This document shows positions 1 to 12,850 of a stretch of DNA of 64,000 nucleotides, piece after piece. Positions within the stretch are counted from its first letter, which is position 1. Every line of letters begins with the position of its first letter. The DNA is from Mobula hypostoma (lineage: Eukaryota). The notes under the pieces are model-generated. The model was not told where the DNA came from. It was given only the letters and a program-made list of their open reading frames with translations, and made no database searches. The stretch lies in contig NC_086097.1 in NCBI RefSeq assembly GCF_963921235.1, positions 133,612,001 to 133,676,000 of the forward strand. Reading direction: 5' to 3'. The position numbers were made by a program, and so were the translations under genes.

Positions 1-789
1 TCTCAGGTGGACCTTAAAAGAGCCACGGATGCTAGTGCAAAGTAGAGCTGGTTTAAAACAGAAACATCCCTTATTCACAGCAGTAAGTAAGTCCTCTTGT
101 ATCTTCTTCAGACAATCGTGACAACAGTGATCCAAGTGTGTTTTGCAGAATTACTAGCCCTTGGACATTCAGGGCAACTCTGTGTGTCATGTTGTGACAT
201 GTCGCCAGCATAGTCTGGATTAGTTGAGGCACAAAGCAGACTTTGTTTTTTAAAGCAGAATGATTAAGGGAGGAAGAGAAGAATGCGGGAAACACTCAGC
301 AGGTCTATGGAGAGGGAAGTAGAGTGAGGTGAAAGTCTTTTCTGTTCCAAGGTCAATGATTTGAAATGATAACTTTCACTCTCCATATTTGCAGAGTAAC
401 TCCAGCACTTTCTGTTTTCAAATGACCAGAATTTAGAGTTTTTCCATATTTAGCATAAGAGAAGAACATTGAATTTCACACAGTCAAGACAGAGCAACTT
501 CTATTGAGTAAATATTTCAGCATACATTTGGTGAGGGTTTCAATTGGATCTGAATCTTCAGCACACTATACTTAGCCTGAGATTTTGCTCAGAAGAGCAT
601 TTAACCAGAACGTTGGCAGCAGCTACATCAGCAGTTTTCTGTTAAGAGTGTCACCGAAATATTCAAAATGCAAATAGCGAGGAATATTTTATTTTGCTAC
701 AGAAAAAAAGACCTTAAGCTCAATATTGTTACATGGCAGTATGCCAGTTTGCAACTGTCAGCATTATGTTGTACTGCTGAAATGTGCAA

Positions 790-1445
790 ACAAGTTGTCT
801 ATTGTATCCGGTGCTTCCGTTGCAGCCTCCCCTATGTTGGTGAAACCCGCCGTAAATTGTGGGACCGCTCTGTCGAGTACCTCTGCTCTATCTGCCAAAA
901 GCGGAAATTCTGGATGGCCAAACATTTTAATTCCAATTCCCATTCCCATTCCAACATGTTGGTCCATGGCCTCCTGTTGTGCCACGATGAGGCCACCCTC
1001 AGGGAGGAAGAGCAACACCTTATATTCCATCTGGATAGCCCCCAACCTTATGGCACGATTGTTGATTTCTCCTTCCAGTTAAAAAAAATCAAAAAAAATC
1101 CCCCCCCCCACCCTTCTTCTATTCCACTCTGGCCTCAAATCTCTTCTCACCTGCCTTTTACCTCCCCCTGGTTCCCCTCCTCCTTCCTTTTCCTATGGTC
1201 TACTCTCCTCTCCTATCAGATTCCTTCCTCTCCAACCCTGTAGCAGTCCCAGCCACCTGGCTTCATCTATCATCTTCTAGCTATCCTCCTTCCCCTCCTC
1301 CCAACTTTTTATTCTGGAGTCTTCCCCCTTCCTGAAGAAGGGTCTTGTCCTGAAACACTTGTTCATTTCCTTGGATGCTGCCTGACCTGCTGAGTTCCTC
1401 CAGCAGCTTGTGTATATTGCTTTGGGTTTCCAGTATCTTGTGTTT
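790..1445 (+). mobile_element. Penelope-like element 3' fragment (GIY-YIG endonuclease C-terminus plus pseudo-LTR), decayed
   Basis: VVYCIRCFRCSLPYVGETRRKL, pyrimidine-rich 3' UTR and degenerate HHR core cctgaagaagggtcttgtcctgaaac at ~1331-1356. Homologous to 17750-18470. Confidence 0.85.
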
Positions 1446-2984
1446 GGTCAATAGTTATGCTGATCAATTTAAAGTACAAACTGCATTTATCAAAGTATGT
1501 GTACTATATACAACCCTGAGATTAATCTCCTTACAGACAGCCACAAAACAAAGAAACCCATTAGAATCCATTAAAAAAGACTAGCAAACAACAAACGTGC
1601 AGAAAAAAAAACAAATTGTGCAACCAATAAAAGTAAGCAACTAACATTCAGAACTGAATTTCATGAAAGTGAGCCAGTCATCACTGCAGCCGGTCCAGGA
1701 GCTCGTTAAATGTAGGTCATAGACTCAGTTCCGTGCAGAAACAAGTAAAACTCACAGAGCAGTGAGCTGAACTGCCCTGTCCCTCGCCTCCGGCCCTTCT
1801 GAGCTTGACCTTTCCAATCTGGCCTGGCACTTAAATTGATCAAACCTCGGGTTTTTCTTCACTCTCAAGTGCGGGCCCCACTACTTCAACTCTGCCTCAC
1901 CTCAGTTCTGCTGCATGAAATCGCCTCCAAGTCCACTCCAGCATTGGCTCATTTCCCGCTCCCGGCCCGGACCCCACTACCTTGATTCGGCCTGTACGAC
2001 CTACGCCGCAGCTATCCTGCACCATGAAGATTATAGTTCTCACTGAAAAAAATTCCAGGTCGTACAAGTGGTTCAAAAGAATTGCAGTGATCTTTTACCT
2101 GGAAAAGTGTGATTAATAAAGTAGTTAGTAGTTTTGTGTGTTTTGTTTGCTAGTTACTGTGCTTCACCAGCTCTGTCTTAAACCAGAAAATCACATAAAA
2201 AACATAAATCAGGAAAAATACATAAATCACATGGTTGGCTGCAGATCCTCTTCGCTATAACTGCTTCCAAAGGAAATGTGGTTTCAATTGACATTGCTTG
2301 TAGAGATTTGATATTTTTGCTATATAAAATTTTTTGCTTCCAGTGTACTGGCCTATGATGATATCTGGATTGTCAAAAGTAGAAGTAAAAAGTAATTGTT
2401 GTGCTACAATTAAACCATTAAAGACATTGAGCCTCAGAAAATAATGGCTGAAAATCGGAAAAAAACTCATAAACCTGGTGAATAATGGATACCTGGGAGT
2501 GATTGTAAACTCATAATCTAACCCTGGGTAGAAAATGTGGGTTGGTAGAAGCACAAATCTTCAATGATCATCAGAACCTTGGAATAAAATAACCCTGTAC
2601 TTCTCTGGGTGATATTGGCTATTTTTATGCTCTCTAATAATATATAAAGAAATTTAATTTGATGTGGTATTTTACTCAGTAGTAAATCTATTTCTACAGC
2701 AGCTAAACTGCTTGTGTGGTTTAAGTCAATGGCCTGCAGTGACTCTGACTGGAAAGGTTAACCATTGCGGCATGAGATTATATAGAATTTACAGCTTAAA
2801 GACAGTGATAAGCTGTCTCATTGTTGCAGTATTTATGCTCCACACTAACTTCTCCAGTCATAACCTCCTCTGTTTCCCTCTTCTCTTAAACCCATCTCTG
2901 CTTTTCACCTCACCCATGAGGGTGAGTTCCATTTTATCACACTGCATCTTGGGTAAAGAAATTGTGGCACACCTGAATGGATTT

Positions 2985-3330
2985 ATTAGGAGCCTTAGGT
3001 CCCACACCAGCAAGATCAGGACCAATTATTGCATAATAACTATCAGGCTTCTAAACCAGCATGGATAACTTCGCTCACCCCAGTGCTGAACTGACTCCAT
3101 ACCCTTTCAAGTACTCTACAACTCGTGTTCTCAGTATTATTTATTTACTTCTTCATTTATTGTTTGCGCAATTTGCCCTCTTTTGCACATTGGTTGTTTA
3201 TCAGTTTTTATATTGTATATTTTTATAAAGTTTTTTTGTTTTCCTGTAAATACTTGCATGAATTTTAAGGTAGTATTTAGTGACGTATATGTACCTTGAT
3301 AATAAATTTCTTCTTAAATTTCAATTTGAT
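2985..3330 (+). mobile_element. Rex/Babar-type LINE 3' end fragment
   Basis: RSLRSHTSKIRTNY...IRLLN ORF end, then AT-rich UTR ending gataataaa. Same family as 32450-32940 on the minus strand. Confidence 0.55.
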
Positions 3331-6300
3331 TTATTAGTAACTCTCTTATATTTGTAGCCCTTAAGTTTTAGGCATCTCTGACAGGTAACACCTCTACATC
3401 TGCCCAGTGAGATATGGTTTTAAAATCACGGGGTTTGGAGTCAGTGTAGTTGCCAATACTGCCAACAGATTACCTGTTTTCCATTACATTTTAAGAATAC
3501 TTCCTTTGGTCTCTATGATTGTACTGCAAAAATAAAGGAACCTCCTACAAAATATTATTTGGTGTTATCTAGAGCACTAGCAGCGTTAAATTGTACAGAC
3601 CCCGAATTAAAGCAACAGGAAGTAGAGAGGATCTGACATGTTTGTGTGTTACGTTGAAATATACTGTAAGTACAAGATCAGAAAATTCACTGAGTTATTT
3701 TTGGGTTGGATATTTCAGCAGCACTAGTATTAAAGTTGCCTATAGTTTGCAGAGCATTAGCTTTTGCACAACCCTATTCCCATGTAAAATCAGAGAGATG
3801 AACTAGATTCAAGTCATGGGTTTAAGGGAAGAGGTACACACACAAAATCCTGGCGGAACTCAGCAGGCCAGGCAGCATCTAGGCAAAGAGTACAGCCGAC
3901 ATTCCGGGCCAAAACCCGAACTTAGTGTAGTGCTTAGAGGGGACTTGAGGGAGGGTGGGATGTTCTTTCAAGCTGTTTGGTTGGAGTCTAGAATGCACTG
4001 TTTGAGGAGGTGGTATTGGCAAGTAGATTTTAAATATCCACTGAAGGGACGTGGGCTGAGCCAGGCTTCAATTGCCCATTCCTAGTTGACTTTGAGAAGG
4101 TGGTGGCGAGCTGCCTTTGAGGTGTGGGTAAATCGATGGTGTTGTTTGGCACATAGGTTTGTTACTGTCATGTATCGGAACTACAGTAAAAAAAAACTTT
4201 GCATACCATCCATACAGATCATTTCATCACATCTGCACACTGATGTGTTACAAGGAAAAGACAATTGCAGAATCCAGAATGTAGTGCCACAGTTACAGAG
4301 GAAGTGCAGCACAGGCAGCACAAGGCTATGCCAAGCTCGATCGTGAGGGCAAGAGGCCATCTTATTGTACAAGAGATCTGTTCGATAGTTTTATAACAGT
4401 GAGATAGTAGCTGTCGTTGAAGCTCGTGGTATGTTTGGGAGAGAGTTCCAGGATTTTGACCCAGTGCAGTGAAGGAATAACGATATATCTCATAGTCAGG
4501 ATGGTGCATAGCCTCGAGGGTAAATTCCAGCTGATGGTGTTGCCATGTTTTTATGGCCTTCTCCTTCTGGCTGGTAGAGGTGGTGAGTATGGAAGGCGCT
4601 GCCTTGGTCAGTTGCTGTATTTAAGAAGCATTTGACAAGCATTTTAATTGCCAAGGCATAATAGGCCATGGACCTAATATGGGCATGGGCTTGCAGCAGG
4701 GGCATAGTGAAACAAAGAGCCTGTTTCTGTGTGTACCTCCCTAAAACTCTATATCAGTCAGCTTACTCCTCGGTCACTAAAGAATGGCAAAAAAGTTCAT
4801 TGACCAAATTCTTAGAAAATACTATTTAGATGTTGTCATCTTAAACATCATCTGTTATTGCTATATCATTGCAGCACCTGTTCAGAAGGGAAAGACTTTC
4901 AATGAAGTAAAACCCTGATCAGTGTAGTGATAGCAATGGAACACATTTGATTGTTACTCATTCAATTCATATATCTGCTGCTTTCTTCATTTTCTTTACA
5001 GCATATTACACTCAATCCATGGGAACATAGTACAAATACAACATCCTTTTTAAAACAAGGGTGTACAATGTTATTTTGATCCAAAATTAAGTAAAAAATC
5101 ATAGTTCAGGCTCTGAATTAAACTCAGGACCTTTGATTCCTCAATAGATGTCCATCAGAAAAGCAATGTTCAATATAGTTAAATCTATTATCTGTAAGTA
5201 AACACATATGTGACCAGATATTTTTATTTACATCAATGTCAGGAGTATTTTAAAAACCTTTGTGACAAACAATAGTCTATAAGTGTTCTAGACAATTTAT
5301 TTCAGAGATTTTCTGGACGTGAAATAGAAAATATTAATTTTCTGCTTCCTTAATATAACAGGTAATTTCATATTCTTATAGCAAGCTGTTAAGGTCCTCA
5401 AATAATTTCAAGTAGCTGTTATCAAGTTCCTATTATTTTGAGACAGAACTACAATTTATTTGATAGTCTTAACAATGCAGCTGCTAAATTTAGTTCTTCA
5501 TCTGTATTTTAAAATGATTAATATTTTAACCAGAAACAAAGGAAAATGATCACAGTGTATTTTAAGCTCTATTTAGTCTATGTGTTATGTCAATGGAATT
5601 GTGAACAATGATTGTTCCTTTGAGCAAGCGGTTTAGATTTATCGAGGGCAACATGAGTATAGAACAGTTAGTAGTCTCTGAACTTGCATTTAATGTGTAC
5701 TACTTAAATTTGTTACATTGCTAAAACATTTAAAGTCCTAAAGGTAAGAACGTCTGCAGATGCTGAAGATTCAAAGTAACACACACAAAGCGCTGGAGGA
5801 ACTCAGCACTTAACTCCCCCCTTCTTTGCAAGGCTCTGCTGTCTTATACGTCTTTTCATAACCATGGAGCATCCCAAGGAGGTAACAAAGTGCTTCTGAG
5901 GTTGTAATGTTGGAAACACAGCATTCTGTTTGCGCACCACAAGCTTCCAGACATCAGTGACCACATGATACTAGTGCTGGTAGAGAGATGAAGGTTGTTC
6001 AGGATCCCTTCTGATCTTCAAACTATCAGGGGATCTCAAGTATTCAACTGTGAGGACAGATAGGGAATCACACTGAAAATCAAGTTCAAGTTTATTGTCA
6101 TGGGAATAATACCCAGGGTATAAGTGCCATAAAAATTAGCTCATTGCAGCAGCACAGTAATTTACCGATATAATATACATAAATTACCATAACAAATTAA
6201 CACAAATTACACATAACCTTTATGACAAAAATAAACATAACAACATTAGTTCAAGTTAAGAAAGAGAGAAGAAATACAGTTTATACTGAGGTAGTGTTGG

Positions 6301-6498
6301 AGTTTTTCAGTTTGGCTCAACAGCGTGATGGCAGTGGGGAAGAAGCTGTGAGGCCTTGAGGTGTGGGTCATCTAGCTTCTATACGTCCTGGCTTATGGCA
6401 GGATCGAGAAGAGAGCATGGGGTGGGGAGAGCTTTTCTTTTTTTTGTAATTTATTTTTTTATTGAAGTTCATCATCAAACAAAACTTTCCATAAGATG

Positions 6499-7148
6499 CA
6501 AACAACAGGAATTCTGCAGATGCTGGAAATTCAGGCAACACACATCAAAGTAGCTGGTGAACGCAGCAGGCCAGGCAGCATCTCTAGGAAGAGGTGCAGT
6601 CGACGTTTCAGGCCGAGACCCTTCGTCAGGACTAACTGAAGGAAGAGTGAGTAAGGGATTTGAAAGTTGGAGGGGGAGGGGGAGATCCAAAATGATAGGA
6701 GAAGACAGGAGGGGGAGGGATGGAGCCAAGAGCTGGACAGATGATTGGCAAAGGGGATATGAGAGGATCATGGGACAGGAGGCCCGGGGAGAAAGACAAG
6801 TGGGGGGAATACCCAGAGGATGGGCAAGGGGTATAGTCAGAGGGACAGAGGGAGAAAAAGTAGAGTGAGAGAAAGAATGTGTGTATAAAAATAAATAATG
6901 GATGGGGTACGAGGGGGAGGTGGGGCATTAGCAGAAGTTAGAGAAGTCGATGTTCATGCCATCAGGTTGGAGGCTACCCAGACGGAATATAAGGTGTTGT
7001 TCCTCCAACCTGAGTGTGGCTTCATCTTTACACTGAGGAGGCCGTGGGTAGACATGTCAGAATGGGAATGGAATGTGGAATTAAAATGTGTGGCCACTGG
7101 GAGATCCTGCTTTCTCTGGCGTCACTGGGAGATCCTGCTTTCCCTTTT
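6499..7148 (-). mobile_element. Young 5'-truncated Penelope-like element inserted in the L1 3' UTR
   Basis: Near-identical to the reverse complement of 17860-18472. TSD cataagatg at 6490-6498 and 7149-7157. Confidence 0.9.
6598..6633 (-). ncRNA. Minimal type I hammerhead ribozyme motif, intact core, in PLE pseudo-LTR
   Basis: Minus strand AGTC-CTGACGA-AGG gtctcgg CCT-GAAA-CG-TC-GACT: stem I AGTC/GACT, CUGANGA box, stem II AGG/CCT, GAAA box, GUC cleavage triplet and a vestigial palindromic stem III (ACGT). Confidence 0.8.
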
Positions 7149-9767
7149 CATAAGATGTATTTCAGATACTGTACATATATATCATGTAGTAATATTTCCC
7201 ATAAATCTCTACATAATATTTATCTAAGGTATACACTTATAGAAAGGAGAGGAAAGAAAGAACAATCAAAAGAAGAAAACTATGTACAAAGTAGGGAGTG
7301 ATCTTTTTTTTACAACATATTCATTGACTTGTGAGAATAAAATCAGGCCTATGAAGTATTATGTAGTTAAACCATTTTCCCCAGTATAAATCAAATTGTT
7401 CCAACTTATGATTAACAGATGCTGTTATCTTCTCCATTTTGTAAATGTCCATTATAATTTCCATCCATAAATTTAAAGTTGGGCTCTCCTTGATAACCAT
7501 TTCCTGGTAAGGGTCTTTTAACCAGCCACCAGCAGTATATTCATTAAATATTTATCTCTTTTCAACCATTCTTGAGGTATATACCCAAAATATATGGTCT
7601 TACTTTCTAAGGGCATTTCACATTTAAAGATGTCTTGTAGGGCATTGTGTATCCCACTCCAATAGTCTTTGATAATGGGGCATTCCCAGAAAATATGATA
7701 ATGGTTTGCATTTTGATTTCCACAATTTCTCCAGCAAACAGGAAGGTTACTATCATAATGGGATTTCTGAGAGGGTGTAATAAAATTTCTTATCAAGTTT
7801 TTCCACCTGAACTCCCTCCACTTCTGTGAACTGGTACACTTCCATTGATACCTCCATATTATTGTCCATTCTTCCTTAGATACTATTATCCCTCCTTCCT
7901 TCTCCCATTTTGTTTTAATGTATGAAGTTAAATGTGTTTTAAGATTTGACAAACCCTTATACATGGTTGAAATTATTCTACTACCGTTGTCTGAATTATA
8001 TGCTTTTCTAACTAGCGCTATCAAACATGTACTTGCCTTGGTTACATTTTTAACCATCCTATTAATATACTGTTGCATCTGTAAATATCAATAAAAGTCT
8101 TGTTTTTCTAACTAGTGCTTCTCTTCAAGCATTTCAAAAATGAACAGTGTTCCTTCTTTCATTATATTGCAAATAGCTATTATTCCTTTAAGCTGTCCAG
8201 TCCTTAAATCTAGCATCCAGTTTGTTCGGTGTAAAATCCGAGTCATATGCACACCATTTAAGAATTGCAATGTCTCTCTCTAGTTTATATTCTTTTATAA
8301 TAGTTTTCCATACTTTAAGAGTCCATTTCACCTATGGGTTGTCAATAGTATTTACGTAACTTTGTAGGTTGTTATGAGCCAAAGTTGCTTGTATGGGGAT
8401 GGAAAGTATCCTCTCCTCAATGTTTTACGATTGAGCGTCATGTGATGGGTTGCACCAGCATAACACAGCTCTCAACTGCGCTGCAAAATAATAATCTCTA
8501 AGAGAAGGTAGGCCCCATCCCCCCTTTTCCTTGGCTAATGCAAAGTTTTGAGATGAATTCTAGGCCTTTCACCTTGCCATATATGTCTTGATAGCATCTT
8601 GTTCCATTCATTGATTTGATTTTGGTTAATCTCTATTGGTAGGGTCTGAAAGAGATATAGTAGTCTGGGCAGTATATTCATTTTAATAGATTCAATCCTT
8701 GAACTGAGACCAAGAAAAGGAATTAGGTTCCATCTTGTTATATCTTCCTTAATTTTTTTATATATAGGCTGATAATTGCATTCTGATAATTTTGCCAAAT
8801 CTTTTGGCATAATGATGCCCAAATATTTGACAGGCTCTGTTTGCCATGCCCAAGGATATCTACTTTCAATTTCTCTTGGTGGGCTATAGTTATATGAAAA
8901 TAGTTGGGTTTTATCTAGGTTGATCTTGTATCCTGATAATTGGACATATCGTTCTAAGGATTGCATCAGTTTAGGTAAAGAGTATGTTGGTTGCCCGAAA
9001 TAGATCAAAATGTCACCCCGTAAGAGGCCAATTTATGTTCTGTCCCTTTAATAGTAATTCCCCTGATATCTTCATTTTGTCTGATGTATTGAGCTAATGG
9101 TTCCAGATATAATGTGAAGAGTAGCGGTGACCATGCACAACCCTGTCTCGTGCCCCTTTCTAGGGTAAAACTATTAGATAAATATCCATTGATTTTAATC
9201 CTGGCAGTAGGGTTGTCATTTTGTGCCTGTATAATTTGGGGGAGAGCTGTTCTGATGGTCCACTGCCCCCTGTGGTCTCTTGTGGTCCTTTGCATTGGAG
9301 TTTCTGTACCAAGCTGTGAAGTAAGCAGACAAAATGCATTCCACTGTACATCTGTAGAACTTTGTCAGAGTCTTCGATGTCATGCTGAATCTCCTTATTA
9401 TTGTGGTAACAAGGAGATTATTTAGTGTCTCGATGCATGTTGACTCCCAGTTCAGCCTATTCAGTGTCATTCCCTGCACAATAGTCTTGTAAATTACTTC
9501 TGTCAAGTGCCCATCTCATTCTCATTTAAAAGTCTTGATTGTTTCTATCCCCACCTGCCCTACAGGCAGTGAATTCCAGATCTGAATCACATTGCAGACT
9601 GTTACGTACACCCGCCACTGTCCATTTTGCCATGGAAGATATAGAACAGGAGCATTTCCTTTGGCCCACCCACCACACCAACCACACATTTAAACACCAA
9701 TCCCACGTTACTTTCCTCACAATCCCCTCATCTCTCCCCGGATTCCACCTCTCTCCTTACAGACTTG

Positions 9768-12133
9768 GGGCAATTTGCAGGTGGCACATTAATCTCTTGA
9801 TCTGCACATCTTTGGGATGGGCAAGGAAGCTGCAACACCTGGGGGAACTGTGCGAATCCACGGCCACACTGACAGTGCCGGAGGTCAGGATTGAAACGCC
9901 TGGGGGAACTGTACGAATCCACACCCACACTGACAGTGCCGGAGGTCAGGATTGAAACGCCTGGAGGAACTGTGCGAATCCACGGCCACACTGACAGTGC
10001 CGGAGGTCAGGATTGAAACGCCTGGAGGAACTGTGCGAATCCACACCCACACTGACAGTGCCGGAGGTCAGGATTGAAACGCCTGGAGGAACTGTGCGAA
10101 TCCACGGCCACACTGACAGTGCCGGAGGTCAGGATTGAAACGCCTGGAGGAACTGTACGAATCCACACCCACACTGACAGTGCCGGAGGTCAGGATTGAA
10201 ACGCCTGGAGGAACTGTGCGAATCCACACCCACACTGACAGTGCCGGAGGTCAGGATTGAAACGCCTGGAGGAACTGTACGAATCCACACCCACACTGAC
10301 AGTGCCGGAGGTCAGGATTGAAACGCCTGGAGGAACTGTGCGAATCCACGGCCACACTGACAGTGCCGGAGGTCAGGATTGAAACGCCTGGGGGAACTGT
10401 ACGAATCCACACCCACACTGACAGTGCCGGAGGTCAGGATTGAAACACCTGGGGGAAGTGTGCAAATCCACACCCACACTGACAGTGCCAGAGGTCAGGA
10501 TTGAATGGCCTGGAGGAACTGTGCGAATCCACACCCACACTGACAGTGCCGGAGGTCAGGATTGAAACGCCTGGAGGAACTGTGCGAATCCACGGCCACA
10601 CTGACAGTGCCGGAGGTCAGGATTGAAACGCCTGGAGGAACTGTGCGAATCCACACCCACACTGACAGTGCCGGAGGTCAGGATTGAAACGCCTGGAGGA
10701 ACTGTGCGAATCCACGGCCACACTGACAGTGCCGGAGGTCAGGATTGAAACGCCTGGAGGAACTGTGCGAATCCACGGCCACACTGACAGTGCCGGAGGT
10801 CAAGATTGAAACGCCTGGGGGAACTGTGCGAATCCACGGCCACACTGACAGTGCCAGAGGTCAGGATTGAAACGCCTGGAGGAACTGTGCGAATCCACAC
10901 CCACACTGACAGTGCCGGAGGTCAGGATTGAAACGCCTGGAGGAACTGTGCGAATCCACGGCCACACTGACAGTGCCGGAGGTCAGGATTGAAACGCCTG
11001 GGGGAACTGTGCGAATCCACGGCCACACTGACAGTGCCAGAGGTCAGGATTGAATGGCCTGGAGGAACTGTGCGAATCCACACCCACACTGACAGTGCCG
11101 GAGGTCAGGACTGAAACGCCTGGGGGAACTGTGCGAATCCACGGCCACACTGACAGTGCCGGAGGTCAGGACTGAAACGCCTGGAGGAACTGTGCGAATT
11201 CACGGCCACACTGACAGTGCCGGAGGTCAGGATTGAAAGGCCTGGAGGAACTGTGCGAATCCACACCCACACTGACAGTGCCGGAGGTCAGGATTGAAAC
11301 GCCTGGAGGAACTGTGCGAGTCCACGGCCACACTGACAGTGCCGGAGGTCAGGATTGAAACGCCTGGAGGAACTGTGCGAATTCACAGCCACACTGACAG
11401 TGCCAGAGGTCAGGATTGAAAGGCCTGGAGGAACTGTGCGAATCCACACCGACAATGACAGTGCCGGAGGTCAGGATTGAAAGGCCTGGAGGAACTGTGC
11501 GAATCCACACCGACAATGACAGTGCCGGAGGTCAGGACTGAAACGCCTGGAGGAACTGTGCGTATCCACGGCCACACTGACAGTGCTGGAGGTCAGGAGG
11601 AACTGTGCGAATCCACACCCACACTGACAGTGCCGGAGGTCAGGATTGAAACGACTGGAGGCACTGTGCGAATCCACGGCCACACTGACAGTGCCGGAGG
11701 TCAGGATTGAAACGCCTGGAGGAACTGTGCGAATCCACGGCCACACTGACAGTGCCGGAGGTCAGGATTGAAACGCCTGGAGGAACTGTGCGAATCCACA
11801 CCCACACTGACAGTGCCGGAGGTCAGGACTGAAACGCCTGGAGGAACTGTGCGAATCCACACCGACAATGACAGTGCCGGAGGTCAGGATTGAAACGCCT
11901 GGAGGAACTGTGCGAATCCACACCCACACTGACAGTGCCGGAGGTCAGGATTGAAACGCCTGGAGGAACTGTGCGAATCCACACCGACAATGACAGTGCC
12001 GGAGGTCAGGACTGAAAGGCCTGGAGGAACTGTGCGAATCCACACCCACACTGACAGTGCCGGAGGTCAGGACTGAACCCGGACTGCTCAGACTGCAAGA
12101 CAACAGTTCGACTATGCGTACTACCGAGCCACC
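9768..12133 (-). mobile_element. tRNA-derived V-SINE-type element expanded by an internal minisatellite
   Basis: Minus-strand head ggtggctcggtagtacgc...ccgggttcagtcc (A/B-box-like) at 12070-12133. Core cccatcccaaagatgtgcag...aaattgcccc at 9768-9830. Confidence 0.7.
9837..12077. repeat. 61-bp minisatellite, about 36-37 copies
   Basis: Unit gaggaactgtgcgaatccac(ggcc/accc)acactgacagtgccggaggtcaggattgaaacgcctg. One shortened unit near 11597. A cgacaatgac variant appears only in distal units. Confidence 0.98.
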
Positions 12134-12329
12134 CTTCCCTTTCAATCTTTATTCTCTGGTCCTTAGACTCTCTGTTAATGGACGTGGCTTCTTTTGGTAC
12201 CCTTTGGTTATAATCATCACAGTCTCATGTAGATCTCACAGATCTTTTGATTATGCAGCATTCTGTCTCTACAGCACAGAGATTGTTCACCTAGTGACCT
12301 AGTGTTTTCAATCAAAGGGTAGAGATATG

Positions 12330-12850
12330 GCTTTACACACACAGAAGCTCGCCCTTTGCACACACTCATTCATGCCAAACAAGTATCTATCTGAGTTAGT
12401 TCCATTTGTCTGCATTTTGTCCATATTCCAGCAAACCTTTCCTTGTCATGTACCTGCCTAAATGTCTTTTAAACATTGTAATTATATCCACCACTGCCAC
12501 TTTCTCATTTCATATTCTACCTTCTGTACTAAAATGGTGCCCTTCAGGTCGGCTTTAAATCTCACCTTTATCACCTTAAATCTGTGCCCCCTAGTATTAG
12601 ACTCCCTTACTCTGGGTAAAATACTGTGACTATTCATCTTTCCTTTGGCCCTCATGGTTTTTTAGACATCTACAGGATCACTCAGCCTCCCATGCTCCCA
12701 CACTATCCGGCCTCTTCTTATAACTGCCCCACCCCCCACCCCCAAGTCCCAGTAGCATTCTTGTGAATCTTTTCTGCAACCTTTCCAGCTCAATTACAGC
12801 TTTCCTATAGTATGGTGACCGGAACTGCACACAATGTGACCAGAGCTGAA
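12330..12850 (-). mobile_element. CR1 LINE 3' fragment
   Basis: CVQFRSPYYRKAVIELERLQKRFTRML on the minus strand, followed by a CR1-type 3' end. Confidence 0.75.

Larger units (their letters stand above)
6434..9238 (-). mobile_element. 5'-truncated L1-clade LINE (ORF2 RT C-terminal part and Cys-rich domain), frameshifted
   Basis: Peptides [92 protein letters not shown] and A-rich tail on the minus strand at 6434-6462. TSD ggggagagct at 6424-6433 and 9239-9248. Confidence 0.9.
6080..9425 (-). mobile_element. Old Rex/Babar-type LINE 3' portion, split by an L1 insertion (pieces ~6080-6433 and ~9239-9425)
   Basis: [25 protein letters not shown] at ~9300-9380 (minus). 3' tail atgacaataaacttgaacttg (minus) at ~6081-6101. 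Confidence 0.65.

Noticed and set aside
1465..2190. Possible non-autonomous LINE derivative on the minus strand
   Set aside because: Repeat-like ends are visible, but no TSD or coding motif allowed a supported call.
5603..5617. Palindromic SOX-like site gaacaatgattgttc in repeat-free AT-rich DNA
   Set aside because: A short motif plausible by chance; no conservation data to support an enhancer.
9837..12077. CRISPR-like array (units contain attgaaac, like some CRISPR repeat ends)
   Set aside because: There are no unique spacers: whole 61-bp units repeat. The context is eukaryotic, no cas genes are present, and the unit is explained as an amplified SINE segment.
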